Program-made: the position numbers and the translations under genes
IMG/VR virus record: IMGVR_UViG_3300020045_022011
Span: 1-39,819 of that record
DNA: 39,819 nucleotides
From: a virus
Lineage: Duplodnaviria; Caudoviricetes
Reading direction: 5' to 3' (one strand)
The notes under the pieces: generated by a model
Told to the model about the DNA's origin: nothing
Seen by the model: only the letters and a program-made list of their open reading frames with translations
The model's database searches: none
Shown here: piece by piece, positions 37,952 to 39,819 of the stretch
Position numbering within the stretch: the first letter of the stretch is position 1
How the letters are laid out: every line of letters starts with the position of its first letter

Positions 37952-38356
37952 ATGTATGCCTTTTTTGGAGAAATTGTTAAACTATATTATAATTACTATA
38001 CTGTTTATTATCTCAAAAACAATGGGCAATTTATAGATGTCATTTCTAGATTGAATGAAGTTTTTTGTGCACAGCCTAATGCTCAATGGTTATTCTCTTA
38101 TGGGTTTTTCGAGTTTTTAGAGATACCAAATTTTGATAGTTGTACAGATGTTACCCCTATAAAAATTACCAAATCAACAGATGTGGAATATACCTTTGAT
38201 ATAGATTGTGAAATTTTTCGTTCTCCAGACTATCCAGATGATATTATATATTTTTCAACTCAAAATTTTAATGTTTGTGGTGTAAATTTTTATGCACTTT
38301 TAGAACAAAATGTAGGATTGATGTGTGGAATTTCTCTTCTTGAAATAAGCGCATAA
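37952..38356 (+). CDS. hypothetical protein
   Basis: 134 aa, immediately after the resolvase stop. Confidence 0.6.
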   Translation: MYAFFGEIVKLYYNYYTVYYLKNNGQFIDVISRLNEVFCAQPNAQWLFSYGFFEFLEIPNFDSCTDVTPIKITKSTDVEYTFDIDCEIFRSPDYPDDIIYFSTQNFNVCGVNFYALLEQNVGLMCGISLLEISA

Positions 38357-38421
38357 AGGGACGTACTATCCTTTTCAAAATACCAAAAATACATAAGTTA
38401 CCAAATAAAGAAAAAAAACCA

Positions 38422-39198
38422 ATGCAAATGATTCCTGGAGTGAGTAATGCTTTTAGGGCAAAACTCCAGGAAATGACGATTGAACACTTTTTATGTGAAG
38501 TGTCAAAATATACAACTTTGCAATTAAAATATTGTATACAAGTGTTTTTTGATAATCCAGAAAAAGAGTATTTTCGTATATTGTTATGTGCATATTTATT
38601 AGTGATTAGAAAAACTTTTACATTACGTAATACTTACCTTATTGCATTACGTAATTTGTATACAAAAAAATGTCCATACATTATTGTGTCAAAACAATTT
38701 TTTACGAATTGTTCATTGTTTTTTGCAAAATTGACAGAAAGCAATATCCCTTATACTTATTGCAAGGATATCCCATTTGAAAATATTTTTCATATAGTAA
38801 ATTATTTAAATTATTTTACAATAGATCAATTTAAGCAATTGTTAAACGAGTATGTGAAAGAATCAACAGACGTTGACGTGTATGATTATATTAAAATTTT
38901 TCTTGCAGGAAGAAATCTTAAATTTAAAAATACAAAACGTCATATAGAGCGGATACAACTTATGCTGTCTTCGGGGCAATTGTTTTTTCTCAAGGCAAAG
39001 TATAAGCAATGGCTAGAAGACCATGAATTTAATAACGATGTACCGATAGAATTGTTTATTTTAGATTGTGCAAAAAGAAAAAAATCGAATAACTTACGCC
39101 TTATTATGGAAAGTACTACTCCTGAAAAAATACTCCAGGCTTTTGGACAGGTATATCCTGACATTACAGTTATTGTGCAGTACCCCTATGTAAAGTAA
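38422..39198 (+). CDS. hypothetical protein
   Basis: 258-aa ORF; start uncertain. Confidence 0.6.
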   Translation: MQMIPGVSNAFRAKLQEMTIEHFLCEVSKYTTLQLKYCIQVFFDNPEKEYFRILLCAYLLVIRKTFTLRNTYLIALRNLYTKKCPYIIVSKQFFTNCSLFFAKLTESNIPYTYCKDIPFENIFHIVNYLNYFTIDQFKQLLNEYVKESTDVDVYDYIKIFLAGRNLKFKNTKRHIERIQLMLSSGQLFFLKAKYKQWLEDHEFNNDVPIELFILDCAKRKKSNNLRLIMESTTPEKILQAFGQVYPDITVIVQYPYVK

Positions 39199-39205
39199 AA
39201 ATTTC

Positions 39206-39234
39206 TTGACGAACATACACTTGTGCAGTATAGT
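39206..39234 (+). promoter_or_regulatory. sigma70-type promoter
   Basis: TTGACG-N17-TATAGT, the same architecture as the promoter at 21716. Confidence 0.75.
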
Positions 39235-39284
39235 TTAGTAGAGGATGTGATTGGTGTAAAAACTCCATTATTAGGATAATTATA

Positions 39285-39572
39285 ATGGCAAAGAAAGTTA
39301 AGGCAACCGAATTGGAATTATTAGTTCAAGATTTTGTAAATGCAAAACAACAAAAAAATGCTCTAGATAAGAAATTAGACGAATTAAGTGCTGTCATAAA
39401 AGAAAAAATTGGAGATGTTGAGGAAATGCAAGTAACAGGGTATAAAATTATTCATGCCTCACGTCGTAGAACTACAATTGATACAAAGCAGCTTACACAC
39501 GATTTTCCTGATATTGCAGAAGCCTATAGTAGAATTACAGAATATAAAGTTTTTGAAGTGAAAGCATATTAA
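39285..39572 (+). CDS. hypothetical phage protein (coiled coil + TTIDTKQL..DFPDI motif)
   Basis: 95 aa, AGGA RBS; resembles the C-terminal part of YqaJ-type recombinase proteins as a standalone gene. Confidence 0.6.
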   Translation: MAKKVKATELELLVQDFVNAKQQKNALDKKLDELSAVIKEKIGDVEEMQVTGYKIIHASRRRTTIDTKQLTHDFPDIAEAYSRITEYKVFEVKAY

Positions 39573-39819
39573 AAGGATGTTTGAGATATTTGATATGGAT
39601 GAAAATAAGTGTAGGGATGCTGATTTCTAGATTTATATCCGAATACATAGACACGCTAAAGGTCTTTGAAATGATCTGGATTCTGCTCGGCGCTATGTAC
39701 ATTGAGGTATATATGAATGAATTTCTTACCGTCTTGCCACGGAATCAGAATCTTTTTATCTTGATCATCAAATTAATAAAATACAACCATTTTGCTCCGT
39801 TCATGCTGAATATATTGAA

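Noticed and set aside
1-39819. Stop-codon reassignment (TAG/TGA recoding)
   Set aside because: Long genes are intact in the standard code, and several end at TAG or TGA exactly where the next gene begins
1-39819. Diversity-generating retroelement, integrase, tRNAs
   Set aside because: No reverse transcriptase, adenine-specific TR/VR pair, recombinase or tRNA cloverleaf recognised by eye

Overview
This is a ~40 kb, AT-rich segment of a tailed dsDNA phage (or prophage) with a long non-contractile, lambda-like tail. Positions 1-18.7 kb (+) hold the tail module: tail terminator (partial), tail tube, G/GT chaperones with a clear -1 frameshift site, tape measure, two paralogous distal-tail-like proteins, L/K-like proteins and an I-J fusion. 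A GH19 endolysin, fibre/appendage genes and holin candidates follow. Positions 18.7-21.5 kb (-) form an accessory operon of four tandem paralogous, signal-peptide-bearing, Cys-rich proteins built from RTX-type Ca-binding nonapeptides, plus one unknown gene. Positions 21.5-22.2 kb are a non-coding control region with back-to-back sigma70-type promoters and an apparent strand-composition switch (candidate origin). Positions 22.2-39.8 kb (+) carry early and replication genes: three small paralogues, a 925-aa exported beta-propeller/di-heme-c protein resembling the hydrazine-synthase-alpha (HzsA)-related family, DnaB helicase, primase, SSB, a Cas4-like exonuclease, a class II RNR with an intein, MazG-like and RuvC-like proteins. 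The most unusual content is the exported cargo: the HzsA-like cytochrome c and the four-gene RTX-repeat array. All family calls come from motif recognition by eye; no searches were run.
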